Assembly (NCBI GenBank): GCA_040218735.1
Contig: JAVJQW010000061.1
Span: 32,001 to 96,000 of the forward strand
Reading direction: 5' to 3'
Length of the DNA stretch: 64,000 nucleotides
Origin: Deltaproteobacteria bacterium
GTDB taxonomy: Bacteria; Myxococcota; Kuafuiibacteriia; Kuafuiibacteriales; Kuafuiibacteriaceae
Part shown: positions 33,717 to 43,866 of the stretch, one piece after another
How the letters are laid out: the number at the start of each line of letters is the position of its first letter
How positions within the stretch are numbered: the first letter of the stretch is position 1
The notes under the pieces: generated by a model
Seen by the model: the letters and a program-made list of their open reading frames with translations, nothing else
Database searches by the model: none
Told to the model about the DNA's origin: nothing
Position numbers and translations under genes: made by a program

Positions 33717-36005
33717 TCAGTCGTCGTACGCGAGCCGGAATCCGGAGAAGGCCCAACGCATGTGCGGATAGAAGAAGTTGCGGTACGTCGTGCGGATGTG
33801 ATCCCGCGGCGTCACACACGCTCCGCCGCGCAGGACGAGCTGGTTCATCATGAACTTGCCGTTGTACTCGCCGAGCGCCCCCGCGAGCGGCGCGAAGCCC
33901 GGGTACGGCGTGTACGCGCTCTGCGTGAGCTCCCAGACGTCACCGAGCATCTGCCTCAGCGCCCCGTTCGGCTCCGGCGCAGAGCGCGGGTGCAGCCACC
34001 CGTCGTCGAGGAAGTTGCCCTCGGCGGGATCGGCGTTCGCCGCCGCGTGCTCCCACTCGAGCTCGGTCGGCAGGCGCGCCTTGGCCCAACGCGCGTAGGC
34101 GTCGGCCTCGTAGAGGCTCACGTGCACGACGGGCGCCGCCAGATCGAGCCGGCGCGGACCGCCGAGTGTCATCTCCATCCACTCGCCGGCGTCCTCGAAC
34201 CAGTACAGCGGCGCTCTCCAGCCGCGCTCGCGCACGGTCGACCAGCCGTCGGAGAGCCACAACGAAGCGGTGTCGTAACCCCCCGCGCGCACGAACTCGA
34301 GGTACTCACCGTTGGTCACGAGCCGATCCGCGAGGCGGTAGGGTTCGAGGTGCGTCGTGTGGCGCGGCGTCTCGTTGTCGAAGCTGAACGTGCCTCCCGC
34401 GTGACCCACTTCGACGTTGCCCCCTTCGAGCTCCACCGCGCCGAGCGGCGTGGCGTTCGACGGTGGCGCGTCGAGGTCCGTCCGGTACGCGGGTCGGAGC
34501 GGGTTCTTCGCGAACGCGTGTTTCACGTCCATCAACAGCAGCTCTTGGTGCTGCTGCTCGTGGTTGAGACCGACCGTCACCCGCAGCGCCGTCTCGCGCC
34601 ACACCGTCTCGGAGACGTTCTCGAGGAAGCGGGTCATCGCGTCGTCGACGAGCCGCCGGTAGCGGCGCACTTCGTCGATCGTCGGGCGCGACAGCAGCCC
34701 GCGCTCCGGGCGTGGCTGCCGGTCGCCGACGGCCTCGTAGTACGAGTTGAACAGGTAGCCGTACTTCGGGTGCACGGGCGTGTAACCGGAGAGGTACGGC
34801 GACAACAGGAACGTCTCGAAGAACCACGTCGTGTGCGCGAGGTGCCACTTGGCCGGGCTCGCGTCGGGCATCGACTGGAGGTTGAAGTCCTCGGGCTCGA
34901 GCGACTTCACGAGGTCGTTCGTCGTCCCGCGCACGCGGCGGTAATCCTCCAGCGCCCGCTCGCGGGTGGGGCGGTCGTACTGCAGACGCTCGGCGCGTTT
35001 GCTGCGGCGGGCGGCGAGGACCTGCAGCGAGAAGAGGCGGTCGTCGTCGATGTACTGCTGCGCGAGATCGAAGCCGGTGCGTCGCGCCATGCGCTCGATG
35101 CGCTCGGGCGTGAACTTGTGCGAGCTCTCGGTGTGGATCGTCTCGCCCTCGCGGAAGTCGAAGTGGCGGTCGAGCGCGACGAGATCGACCACGTGTTCGA
35201 CGCGGCTGACGAGGTGCATCTCGATGCGCTCGAGCTGCGGGTTCCACACCGCGCGGTGGTCGAACTTGTCGAGGTCGAAGTTGCCTTCGAGCTCGCGGTT
35301 GATGCGCGCGAGGACGTTTTTGTTGAACGCGGCGGTGACCCCCTTCGCGTCGTCGTACGCGGCCTGCAGGCGCTTCGCGTCCTTCACGAGGTCGAGCCCG
35401 AGGAGGAGCAGGTCGCCCGGCCGCATCGCGGAGCGGAGGCGGGTGAGGAAGCGCTCGGCGTCGGTGAACTCGAAGTTGCCGAGGTTGCCGCCGAGGAAGA
35501 CGAAGAGGCGCTGCCCCTCGACCTCCGCGGCGACGCGCTCGATGCCGTCCTGATACTGCGCGGCGAACGCGCGCAACTCGAGTTGCGGGTACGCGGCGGT
35601 GAGGCGCTCGGCGGCGTCGAAGAGCGCGGCCTTGGAGACGTCGACGGGGATGTACGTGAGTTTGTCGCGCGTCTCGAGCAGCGCCTCGACGAGGACACGG
35701 GTCTTCTCGCTGCTGCCGCTGCCGAGCTCGATCACCGTGACGTCGGGGCGACACTGCTTCGCGATGTCCTTCGCGTGGTCGTGGAGGATCTTCCGCTCGG
35801 TGCGCGTGACGTAATACTCGTCGAGCGTGCAGATCTGTTCGAAGAGCTCGGAGCCGCGCTTGTCGTAGAAGAGCACCGGCGGCAGGGTCTTCGGACGTGT
35901 CCCGAGCCCGGCCGCGACGAGCTCACCGAGCGTTCGATCCGGAACCGACGGCGCGATCGCCTCGATGGTCCATTCAGTGGAATCCGATGCCTGCGGACGC
36001 GCCAC
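33717..36005 (-). CDS. egtD-egtB: Fused ergothioneine biosynthesis protein EgtD (His N-alpha-methyltransferase)-EgtB (sulfoxide synthase)
   Basis: EgtD motifs: YDKRGSELFEQIC, ELGSGS, GNLGNF, IHTESSHKF. EgtB motifs: QSMPDASPAKWHLAH, FNSYY, HEQQHQE, GEYNGKF, RNFF. GTG start at 36005 with a GGAG RBS. Confidence 0.9.
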   Translation of the reverse strand: MARPQASDSTEWTIEAIAPSVPDRTLGELVAAGLGTRPKTLPPVLFYDKRGSELFEQICTLDEYYVTRTERKILHDHAKDIAKQCRPDVTVIELGSGSSEKTRVLVEALLETRDKLTYIPVDVSKAALFDAAERLTAAYPQLELRAFAAQYQDGIERVAAEVEGQRLFVFLGGNLGNFEFTDAERFLTRLRSAMRPGDLLLLGLDLVKDAKRLQAAYDDAKGVTAAFNKNVLARINRELEGNFDLDKFDHRAVWNPQLERIEMHLVSRVEHVVDLVALDRHFDFREGETIHTESSHKFTPERIERMARRTGFDLAQQYIDDDRLFSLQVLAARRSKRAERLQYDRPTRERALEDYRRVRGTTNDLVKSLEPEDFNLQSMPDASPAKWHLAHTTWFFETFLLSPYLSGYTPVHPKYGYLFNSYYEAVGDRQPRPERGLLSRPTIDEVRRYRRLVDDAMTRFLENVSETVWRETALRVTVGLNHEQQHQELLLMDVKHAFAKNPLRPAYRTDLDAPPSNATPLGAVELEGGNVEVGHAGGTFSFDNETPRHTTHLEPYRLADRLVTNGEYLEFVRAGGYDTASLWLSDGWSTVRERGWRAPLYWFEDAGEWMEMTLGGPRRLDLAAPVVHVSLYEADAYARWAKARLPTELEWEHAAANADPAEGNFLDDGWLHPRSAPEPNGALRQMLGDVWELTQSAYTPYPGFAPLAGALGEYNGKFMMNQLVLRGGACVTPRDHIRTTYRNFFYPHMRWAFSGFRLAYDD

Positions 36006-36059
36006 GTCTCCCGGGGTACAGCGCTGGCCCCGAAGCGGCAAGCGACAAGTCCGGTACCG

Positions 36060-36375
36060 CGTCATTCGCGGCGGGCACCGGGAGGCTTCGGTGGTGTACT
36101 CGAGGGCGACGAGGGAGCCGACGTGGCGCCACGGCGAGAAGTCGTCGCCTTCGAGCTCGACGACGAGCTTGTGCCCGAGGAACTCGATCGGGCGGGTGTC
36201 CTGGTGCACGGAGCTCTTGCGGTAGCGAGGCTTCGGATCCGTCCATTTCCGCCGCGCGTCGTCCCACATCGACGTGGCGAGGAAGACCGGCGGGAGCGCG
36301 TCGAGCCGCAGCGGGATTCGGACGCCGTTGTGGAAGCGCAGCACGACGAGGTCGTCGGTGGCTTCGCGACGAAGC
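36060..36375 (-). pseudogene. Possible gene relic in frame upstream of egtD-egtB
   Basis: Protein-like LRREATDDLVVLRFHNGVRIPL...PIEFLGHKLVV...FSPWRHVGSLVALEY preceded by TAG; no clear start; unrelated to EgtD. Confidence 0.3.
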
Positions 36376-36481
36376 TACCCCGCCGTAACCGGAGACCCTC
36401 CGGGACGTCACCGCCCTGGGACACGTGCGGGCGATCCCGAACGTTGACGGCGTGACCGGCGGCCGCGAACGTCGGTGCCCG

Positions 36482-36943
36482 ATGCGGTGGCTGCTCCTCA
36501 CCCTGCTCCTCGGCGCGTGCGCGGCGACGCCGCCCGTGCTGACGGACGGGCGCTTCTCCTCGAAGGCCGCGAAGGTCGCGGTCATCTGGAGCGCAAACGC
36601 CGAGTGGAGCGAGGGCGACGAGACGATTCGCTTCGAAGCGACGGCGACGAAGTACCTCGACGCGCCCTGCCCGCACGTCGGCCTTCGGATCGACCACCGC
36701 GGGACGGGGACGATCTGGCGCTACGGCGCCGAGGCCCGCGTCGGTCTGCGTGTGCTCGACAGCGCCGAGTTGTCGTTCACGCCGGGCGGCGCGTCGATGA
36801 CGGCGAAGGCGGATCGCGAGGTGATCGCAGCGCTCGTCGACGGCGCGAACATCAGCATCGACGCCCGGACCTATTCGCTCGACGGCAGCGTGATCGGCGC
36901 GCTGCGGACGCTGCTCGGGCGGATCGAATGCGCCGGGCCGTAG
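36482..36943 (+). CDS. Hypothetical lipoprotein
   Basis: MRWLLLTLLLGAC lipobox; GC3-rich codons; 1 nt before the next gene. Confidence 0.7.
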   Translation: MRWLLLTLLLGACAATPPVLTDGRFSSKAAKVAVIWSANAEWSEGDETIRFEATATKYLDAPCPHVGLRIDHRGTGTIWRYGAEARVGLRVLDSAELSFTPGGASMTAKADREVIAALVDGANISIDARTYSLDGSVIGALRTLLGRIECAGP

Positions 36944-36944
36944 G

Positions 36945-39147
36945 ATGAGGCGCGCCGCTGCCGTCGTGATCGTCGCCGCCCTCGTCTTGCTCGCGTGGGT
37001 GTTCTGGCCTGCGTCGCCAAAAGCCCCGGACGAAGCGGTCCAGCCGACGGCCTCGACCGAGACGGCCGCCGCCCGCGAGCCCACGGCGCCGATCCCCGCG
37101 GACGCACCGAAGGCCACGGTCCTCGGGCGCGCGGCGTTCGCGGATGGGCGGCCCGCCGAGGGCGTCGAGGTCTGCGTGCGGATCTTCGCGCCGGTGGGCG
37201 ACGGGACGTTCCGCGAGACAAGCCAGCGTCCGTGTGCCCGGACCGACGCGGCCGGGGACTACGTCGTCGAGGCGTTGCCCGGGGGGATCGTGCCGGCGCT
37301 CTCGGGCGTGCTCGCAGGGTACGTCGTCGAGCGACCGGGGGACACGGCGCCGATCGAACCGGGCGAGCAACGCACCATCGATCTCCTCGTACGGCCGATC
37401 GCCGACTTCGCGCGGATCGTCGTCCGGGTCGACGACGAGGGCGGAGGGCCCGTGGTCGGCGCGCGCGTGACCGGGACGCGCAGCGAGGACGACCTGCGCT
37501 GCCTGGGCAACGGCGAGACCGACCCAAACGGCGTCGCGACGCTGTACTGCCAGCCGGGCGAGCACCGGATCTTCGCTTCGTCGCCGGGTTACATCACGAC
37601 GCGGTTCGACGGCCCGGCGCCGGGCGAGGTCACGTTGGTGCTCCGCCCCGGCGGCACGATCTCGGGGCGGCTCACAGGACCGGGCTTCGATCTGGCCGGC
37701 ACGTACCACGTGCGCGCCCGCGTGGGTCGATACGGAGGGCACGGCACCAAGGCACGCGAGGGGGGGTTCACGCTCTCGGGGCTCGAGCCCGGAACGTACG
37801 CGCTCACGGCGACCGGTGAAGGTGCGTTCGGGGGCACCGACGTCGTCCTCGGCGCGGCGGAGATCGTGTCGGGGTTGGAGATCGAGATGAAGCCCGCGAC
37901 GACGGCCCGCTTCTCGATCCGACGCGAAGGCGGGGTGTGCGAGCGACCCTGGGTCGAGATGACCCGGCGCGAGCGCCCGCGCGCGCGGCGCATGATGATG
38001 GAGCGCGACGATGCGCCGGTGGTCATCGAAGCTCTACCGCCCGGGACCTACGACGTGGAGGTGAAGTGCGGCGGATCGGAGGAGGACATCATCGATTGGA
38101 TCGTCGTCGCCGACGAGCCGATCGAACGCAGCTACGTCGTGCCCGCCAACTTCTCCGTCATCGTGCGGGTCATCGACGATCGGGATCGTCCCGTCGAAGG
38201 CGCGAAGCTGTTCATGAACGGCAGCGCGGGGCTCGAGTCCGGCCAGACGGACGCGTCCGGGACGTTCGACTTCGCCGCCGTCGCCGGGCAGTGGAAGATC
38301 TCGGCGACCCACGACGTCCTGGGTGCCGCCGAAGTGAAGATCGCGATCGACGAGCGCACGGCGCCCGTCGTCCTTCGCCTCGATCGCGGGCGGGTCGTGC
38401 GAGGCGTCGTCATGGACACGGAGCGTCGGCCGGTCGCGAACGCACGCGTCGTGCTGACCGTCATCGATGTGCTCGGCGACGTGCTCGAGACGACTTCGGG
38501 CGCGGACGGGCGGTTCACGTTCAGCCAGATCGAGAGCGAGCGCGTTCGTGTCGCCGCGACGAGCGGGAAGCTCGGGTCCGAGGAAGTCGAGGTCGTGGCC
38601 ACCGCCGACACAAAACCGATCGAGCTCGTGCTTCGTCCGCTGAACGGCCGGGTGTTCGGGCGCGTGCTCACCCACGACGGCCTGCCCGCCGGGCGAACAC
38701 GGGTCCGACTCCAACGAGGCCAACGTTCACTCCGGGCGTTCGACGGATACCTCGCCGAGACCGTGACGCGCGACGACGGGACGTTCGAGCTCACGCACGT
38801 CGCGGCCGCCAAGTACGACCTCGCCGCCGACCACGAGACGGCGGGGATCGGATCCGCTGACGACATCGACGTCGATGTTGCGGTCGAGCTTCGGCTCTCG
38901 GGGCGAGGTTCGGTCGAGGGGACGGTCGTGGACCCGTCCGGGCCCGTCGCGGCGTTCGAGCTGAAGACGAGACTGCCGAACGAACCGCGGCCGCTGGAGC
39001 GCCGCTTCGAGAACGGACGTTTCCGCCTCGACGATCTGATCGCCGGTCGGTACCAAATCGTGGTGAGCGAGGGCGCGCGCTCCGCGCAGGCGTGGGTCGA
39101 AGTGCCGGCCGGCGGGCGCGCGTCGGGGGTGGAGATTCGTCTGCCGT

Positions 39148-39158
<11 letters not shown>
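36945..39158 (+). CDS. Carboxypeptidase regulatory-like domain repeat protein
   Basis: Repeated V.D..G.PV.GA.V...TD..G.F modules; N-terminal TM. Confidence 0.85.
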
Positions 39159-40257
<1,099 letters not shown>

Positions 40258-40328
40258 GACGACGGATCCTTCCACCGATCGGCGACGGGCGCGACCCCGT
40301 CATTTCCACGCATCGAGCGGGCTGGCCG

Positions 40329-40571
40329 TCAGTCCTCGTCGCGCTTGCGGCGGCGCCCCAACACCAGGGCCGCCCCCGAGAAAACCAGACCCAGCGCAGC
40401 CGCTGCTCCGGTCGGGTCCAGCTCCGGCACCGCGCTCGGCGGCGGCCGACGCTGATGGCGCGGCGGACGGCGACGGCGGCGGGCTTCGGCGTCCGTGGCG
40501 GCGCCGAGCAAGACCAATGCGCAGGCCATCGAAGTCGCGGCGAAGAGATGAAAGAGGCGCCTCTTGAGCAT
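40329..40571 (-). CDS. Small VPEID-CTERM-like (VPELD) sorting-signal protein
   Basis: Signal peptide ...AEA, Arg/Pro peptide, VPELD + TM helix + RRRKR tail; next to exosortase E. Confidence 0.85.
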   Translation of the reverse strand: MLKRRLFHLFAATSMACALVLLGAATDAEARRRRRPPRHQRRPPPSAVPELDPTGAAAALGLVFSGAALVLGRRRKRDED

Positions 40572-40584
40572 GATCTCGAACAAC

Positions 40585-40599
40585 GCAATTCTGGTACCA
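40585..40599 (-). promoter_or_regulatory. Sigma54 -24/-12 promoter
   Basis: TGGTACCAGAATTGC on the minus strand (TGGYAC-N5-TTGC) just upstream of the CTERM gene. Confidence 0.65.
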
Positions 40600-40689
40600 C
40601 CTGGGTAGGATTTACGTTCACAGCGGAATCACGCAGAACGCTTCGTACGACTACGCAAGCGTATTCACTGGACTACGGATCAGGCTACG

Positions 40690-42228
40690 CTACGACCAGA
40701 GCCACCAGGCGTCGCCACCGAGCACCGCGATCGCCACGCCGAGGTTGGCGACGGCGTGCGCGACGATGGCGTCGACGAGCCGACCTCGGTACGCGGCGAC
40801 ACCCGCGAACGCGAGCCCCGCCACGGTGCCGGCGACGAAGGAGCTGTGCAGGGCGCCGAACGCGACCGACGAGATCCCCCAGGCGAGCGGCGCGAAGGAG
40901 TTCAGAGGGACCCCCTCGAAGTCGACCGAGATGATCCGCCGGAGCAGGTAGCCGCGGAACGCGAGCTCCTCGACGATCGGCACCACCAGGACACTCCCGA
41001 CCAACCGCGCCGCGATCCAGAGGATCCGGGTCGTCGGCGTCATCGCGTCGAGCGCCGTCCGACGCGCGGCCACGACCTCGGGCGCGGCGGGCTCTGCGAG
41101 CAGATACCAAACGGCGAACACGGCGATGCCCACGAACACGGACACCACCCAGCCGGGCCGTTGGAGCGGGCGGTGGCGGAGCGCCCACGCGGTCGCCGCG
41201 CCGACGAGCACGACCTGGACCGCGTAGAGTCGATCGAAGTCGACGACGAACAACCCGAACACCAGCTGCGCGGCGAGGGTGACGATCAGCGGGCCGAGGT
41301 ACACGAGCGTCGGTCGATCCACGAGCGGGCCGGACGCGGACCGGGTGAGCCACCGCTCGGAGCCGTGGACGAGCGCGAGCGCGATCGCGCAGGCGAGCAG
41401 CCATCCCGCCTTCGAGTGGAAGCCAGCGACGGCGAGCTCGGGTGCGCCGTTCGCGCCGATGCCCATCAACACGGCGATGCGCAAGACGTTGCCGAGCAGC
41501 GCGAGCGCGACGGCCGCCGGAAGCAGTAACCACGCGACGTTCAGACGGAGCGCGTCGCGGCGAGCGACGAGATACGCAATGCTCAACGTCGAGAGGAGGC
41601 CGAGCCCCTCGGAGCCCGAGCAGGTGCGGTCGATCATGACCGAGAAGTCGCCGGCCCCGAGGATGCGCGCGGGTTCGTCGAGCCAGGCGTCGACGCCGAA
41701 GACCTCGAGCATCGTGTGCGCCGCGAGGAGGGTGTCGGTCGCGAGGACCTCCCACGCCGCCTCCGTGAGCACGGCCGCGACGAACGCGACACCACCGACG
41801 CCGCCCGCGACGAGGAGCGTCGCGCGCTCCCCGACGAGGAATTTGCGGAGCGATGCGGGCGAGAACAACGCGAGGGGGATCGACGCGGCGGTGGCGACGC
41901 CCGCGAGGATCCACAGCGTGACTTCGGCCGGTCCCGCGGTGAACGGCGCCGCGGTGACGCGACTCGAGAGTCCGAAGAACGCGGCGTAGGCGAGCAGGTG
42001 CACACCGAGCCAGCGCAGGTCCGTCCGACCCTCGACCTCGGCGGCATCGGCGCGCTCGCGCATCACCGCGTATGCGGCGACGACGACGACGGGGAGCACC
42101 ACGAGGAGTCGGAACCGGAGGAGGCCGTTGACCTCCAGGAGCCCGTACAAGTCGTAGGCGAGGCTGACGATGAAGCCCTCGAGGGTCAGGATCCCGACCC
42201 CGACCGCGGCACGTACCCGGCCGTCCAT
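40690..42228 (-). CDS. xrtE: Exosortase E / CAAX-protease fusion, VPEID-CTERM system
   Basis: Exosortase triad CSG, NVLR, FH..AGW; CPBP motifs EELAFRG, FGALH, HAVAN; multi-pass membrane protein. Confidence 0.88.
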   Translation of the reverse strand: MDGRVRAAVGVGILTLEGFIVSLAYDLYGLLEVNGLLRFRLLVVLPVVVVAAYAVMRERADAAEVEGRTDLRWLGVHLLAYAAFFGLSSRVTAAPFTAGPAEVTLWILAGVATAASIPLALFSPASLRKFLVGERATLLVAGGVGGVAFVAAVLTEAAWEVLATDTLLAAHTMLEVFGVDAWLDEPARILGAGDFSVMIDRTCSGSEGLGLLSTLSIAYLVARRDALRLNVAWLLLPAAVALALLGNVLRIAVLMGIGANGAPELAVAGFHSKAGWLLACAIALALVHGSERWLTRSASGPLVDRPTLVYLGPLIVTLAAQLVFGLFVVDFDRLYAVQVVLVGAATAWALRHRPLQRPGWVVSVFVGIAVFAVWYLLAEPAAPEVVAARRTALDAMTPTTRILWIAARLVGSVLVVPIVEELAFRGYLLRRIISVDFEGVPLNSFAPLAWGISSVAFGALHSSFVAGTVAGLAFAGVAAYRGRLVDAIVAHAVANLGVAIAVLGGDAWWLWS

Positions 42229-42345
42229 ACCGTGGCGGAATACACGACGGATCGTCGGGTTTGTACCGACCGGGAGATCAGGTCCGGACGATAAGCGTCG
42301 TGTAAGCGACCCCGGGGAACGCTTCAGCTGATACTATTCAACGAG

Positions 42346-42609
42346 ATGGGAATCAGCGTCGGCGAAGGTGTTCGCGACCTCACCAACACCGCACAGGATG
42401 TGCTCGATGCGCCCGGCGCGCTCCTCAGCGGAGACACGGACGGCGTCAAGGACGCCGTCATGGCGCCGCTCGAAGTGAAGCGCGGTTTCCTGAAGACCGT
42501 CCTCGGTGCCGCCGCCGCGCCGTTCCGCGCGGTGGGTTTGTTCGGCGGCAACCAGAGTGACCCCGCGGTCCAGCAGGGCACCCAAGCCGCCGTCGAGCGG
42601 TACGTCTGA
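42346..42609 (+). CDS. Small hypothetical protein (87 aa)
   Basis: GC3-rich ORF followed by the GAGGAG RBS of the next gene. Confidence 0.6.
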   Translation: MGISVGEGVRDLTNTAQDVLDAPGALLSGDTDGVKDAVMAPLEVKRGFLKTVLGAAAAPFRAVGLFGGNQSDPAVQQGTQAAVERYV

Positions 42610-42620
42610 GGAGCCAAGCG

Positions 42621-43073
42621 ATGTCGCGCGCAGCGGACCTGGTCGAAAAACGCGTCGGCGAGGTGCTCGGCGCGCACCCGGAGGCGGAGGTGCGGCGCGC
42701 GATGCCGATCATCCTGCTCCTCCTCGCGCGCGACTTCGGCGTCGACAACCTCCGCCCGAAGATCGTCTCCGCGCTGACCGAAGTCCTCGCGAAGCTCGGC
42801 GTCCACGGCGAGATGGAGGCCGCGGAGATCGAGCGCCGCGTCGGCGAGCTCGTCCGCACCATCCCCGTCTCACGCGCGCTGCTGTCGGACCTCGAGCGGG
42901 TGTTCCGCACGCTCGACCTTGGCGAGAAGCTCGAAGAGAGCGCGCAGCACTTCCGGTTGCTCGCGCAGTCGGAGCCGCACCTGAAGGCGCCGCGCACGAC
43001 GGACGTCGCGCCGGACAACAGCGAGCGCGGCTCGACGATGGCGCTGAACGGCACCGGTCGCATCCCGGCGTAG
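42621..43073 (+). CDS. Hypothetical helical protein (150 aa)
   Basis: GAGGAG RBS; typical codon usage. Confidence 0.65.
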   Translation: MSRAADLVEKRVGEVLGAHPEAEVRRAMPIILLLLARDFGVDNLRPKIVSALTEVLAKLGVHGEMEAAEIERRVGELVRTIPVSRALLSDLERVFRTLDLGEKLEESAQHFRLLAQSEPHLKAPRTTDVAPDNSERGSTMALNGTGRIPA

Positions 43074-43173
43074 CCGCGCCAGCCCCTCGGGGCGGATGTT
43101 CGGCCATTCCGTATAATCGTCTAACGAACATACGCACATCGAGAACACGGGGTCGTCCGTAGAATCGAGGGAC

Positions 43174-43863
43174 ATGACACCTCGAATCGGATTCCTCCGA
43201 CGTGCTGCACTCGGCCTCGCGCTGGGTTCGGGTCTCACGGCCGCGTGTGCCGTGGGGCCTTCTCCCGAAGCGGAGCCTTCGACCGGCGAGCACCCCGTGC
43301 TCGCGGAGCCCGACCGGCGCGTCGAGCTCGGGGAGCTCTCGCGCCTCCCCACGGAGCGTCGCCTGTGGGCGGAGCCCAATGCGATCGAGGCGAGCCTCGC
43401 ACGCCTCGAAGCCTTGGAGGTCCTCGACGTCGCCGACCTCGTCCGCGAGCGCACCGCGCACGCGTGGATCCCGTACGGCGGCTTCTGGAGCGAAGCGAAG
43501 GTCGAGATGGGTGAGGAGGAGATCGCGCGTCGGCTGGAGCACTTCGTCGACGTCGCGGAGGCGGCCGCCGCGACGGTGGAGACGATCCCCCAGGGCGCTC
43601 GGGGCGTCTGCTGGCCGGCGACACCCGGCGCGTTCTGCCTGACCATCACCGACCACGCCGCGGACCTCGCCGCGCTCGACGACCTGGAGATCGTCGACGT
43701 CGACGGCGTCGTGCGCGACAACGCCCAGGTCGACGGCGTTTGTTACTCGTCTTGGGAGACGGTCTCGGAGGACGTGTGCCTCCGCGCGTTGAAGGCGCAC
43801 GCGATCGTCGAGGCGACGGGGGACTTCCCGAGCCGGCGGCCGCCGGAGGAGCCCGGGGAGTAG
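43174..43863 (+). CDS. Lipoprotein with internal duplication and Cys pairs; candidate MNIO substrate
   Basis: LTAAC lipobox; two L..L..LE..DV...VR units; GVCW...FCL and GVCY...VCL; 3 nt before the MNIO gene. Confidence 0.75.
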   Translation: MTPRIGFLRRAALGLALGSGLTAACAVGPSPEAEPSTGEHPVLAEPDRRVELGELSRLPTERRLWAEPNAIEASLARLEALEVLDVADLVRERTAHAWIPYGGFWSEAKVEMGEEEIARRLEHFVDVAEAAAATVETIPQGARGVCWPATPGAFCLTITDHAADLAALDDLEIVDVDGVVRDNAQVDGVCYSSWETVSEDVCLRALKAHAIVEATGDFPSRRPPEEPGE

Positions 43864-43866
43864 GCT

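Noticed and set aside
33717-36344. 875-aa version of the EgtD-EgtB ORF
   Set aside because: EgtD homology and a GGAG-GTG start fit 36005; the upstream part looks unrelated.
43112-43117. TATAAT upstream of the MNIO operon
   Set aside because: A perfect -10 hexamer, but no recognisable -35 at the correct spacing; too weak to call.
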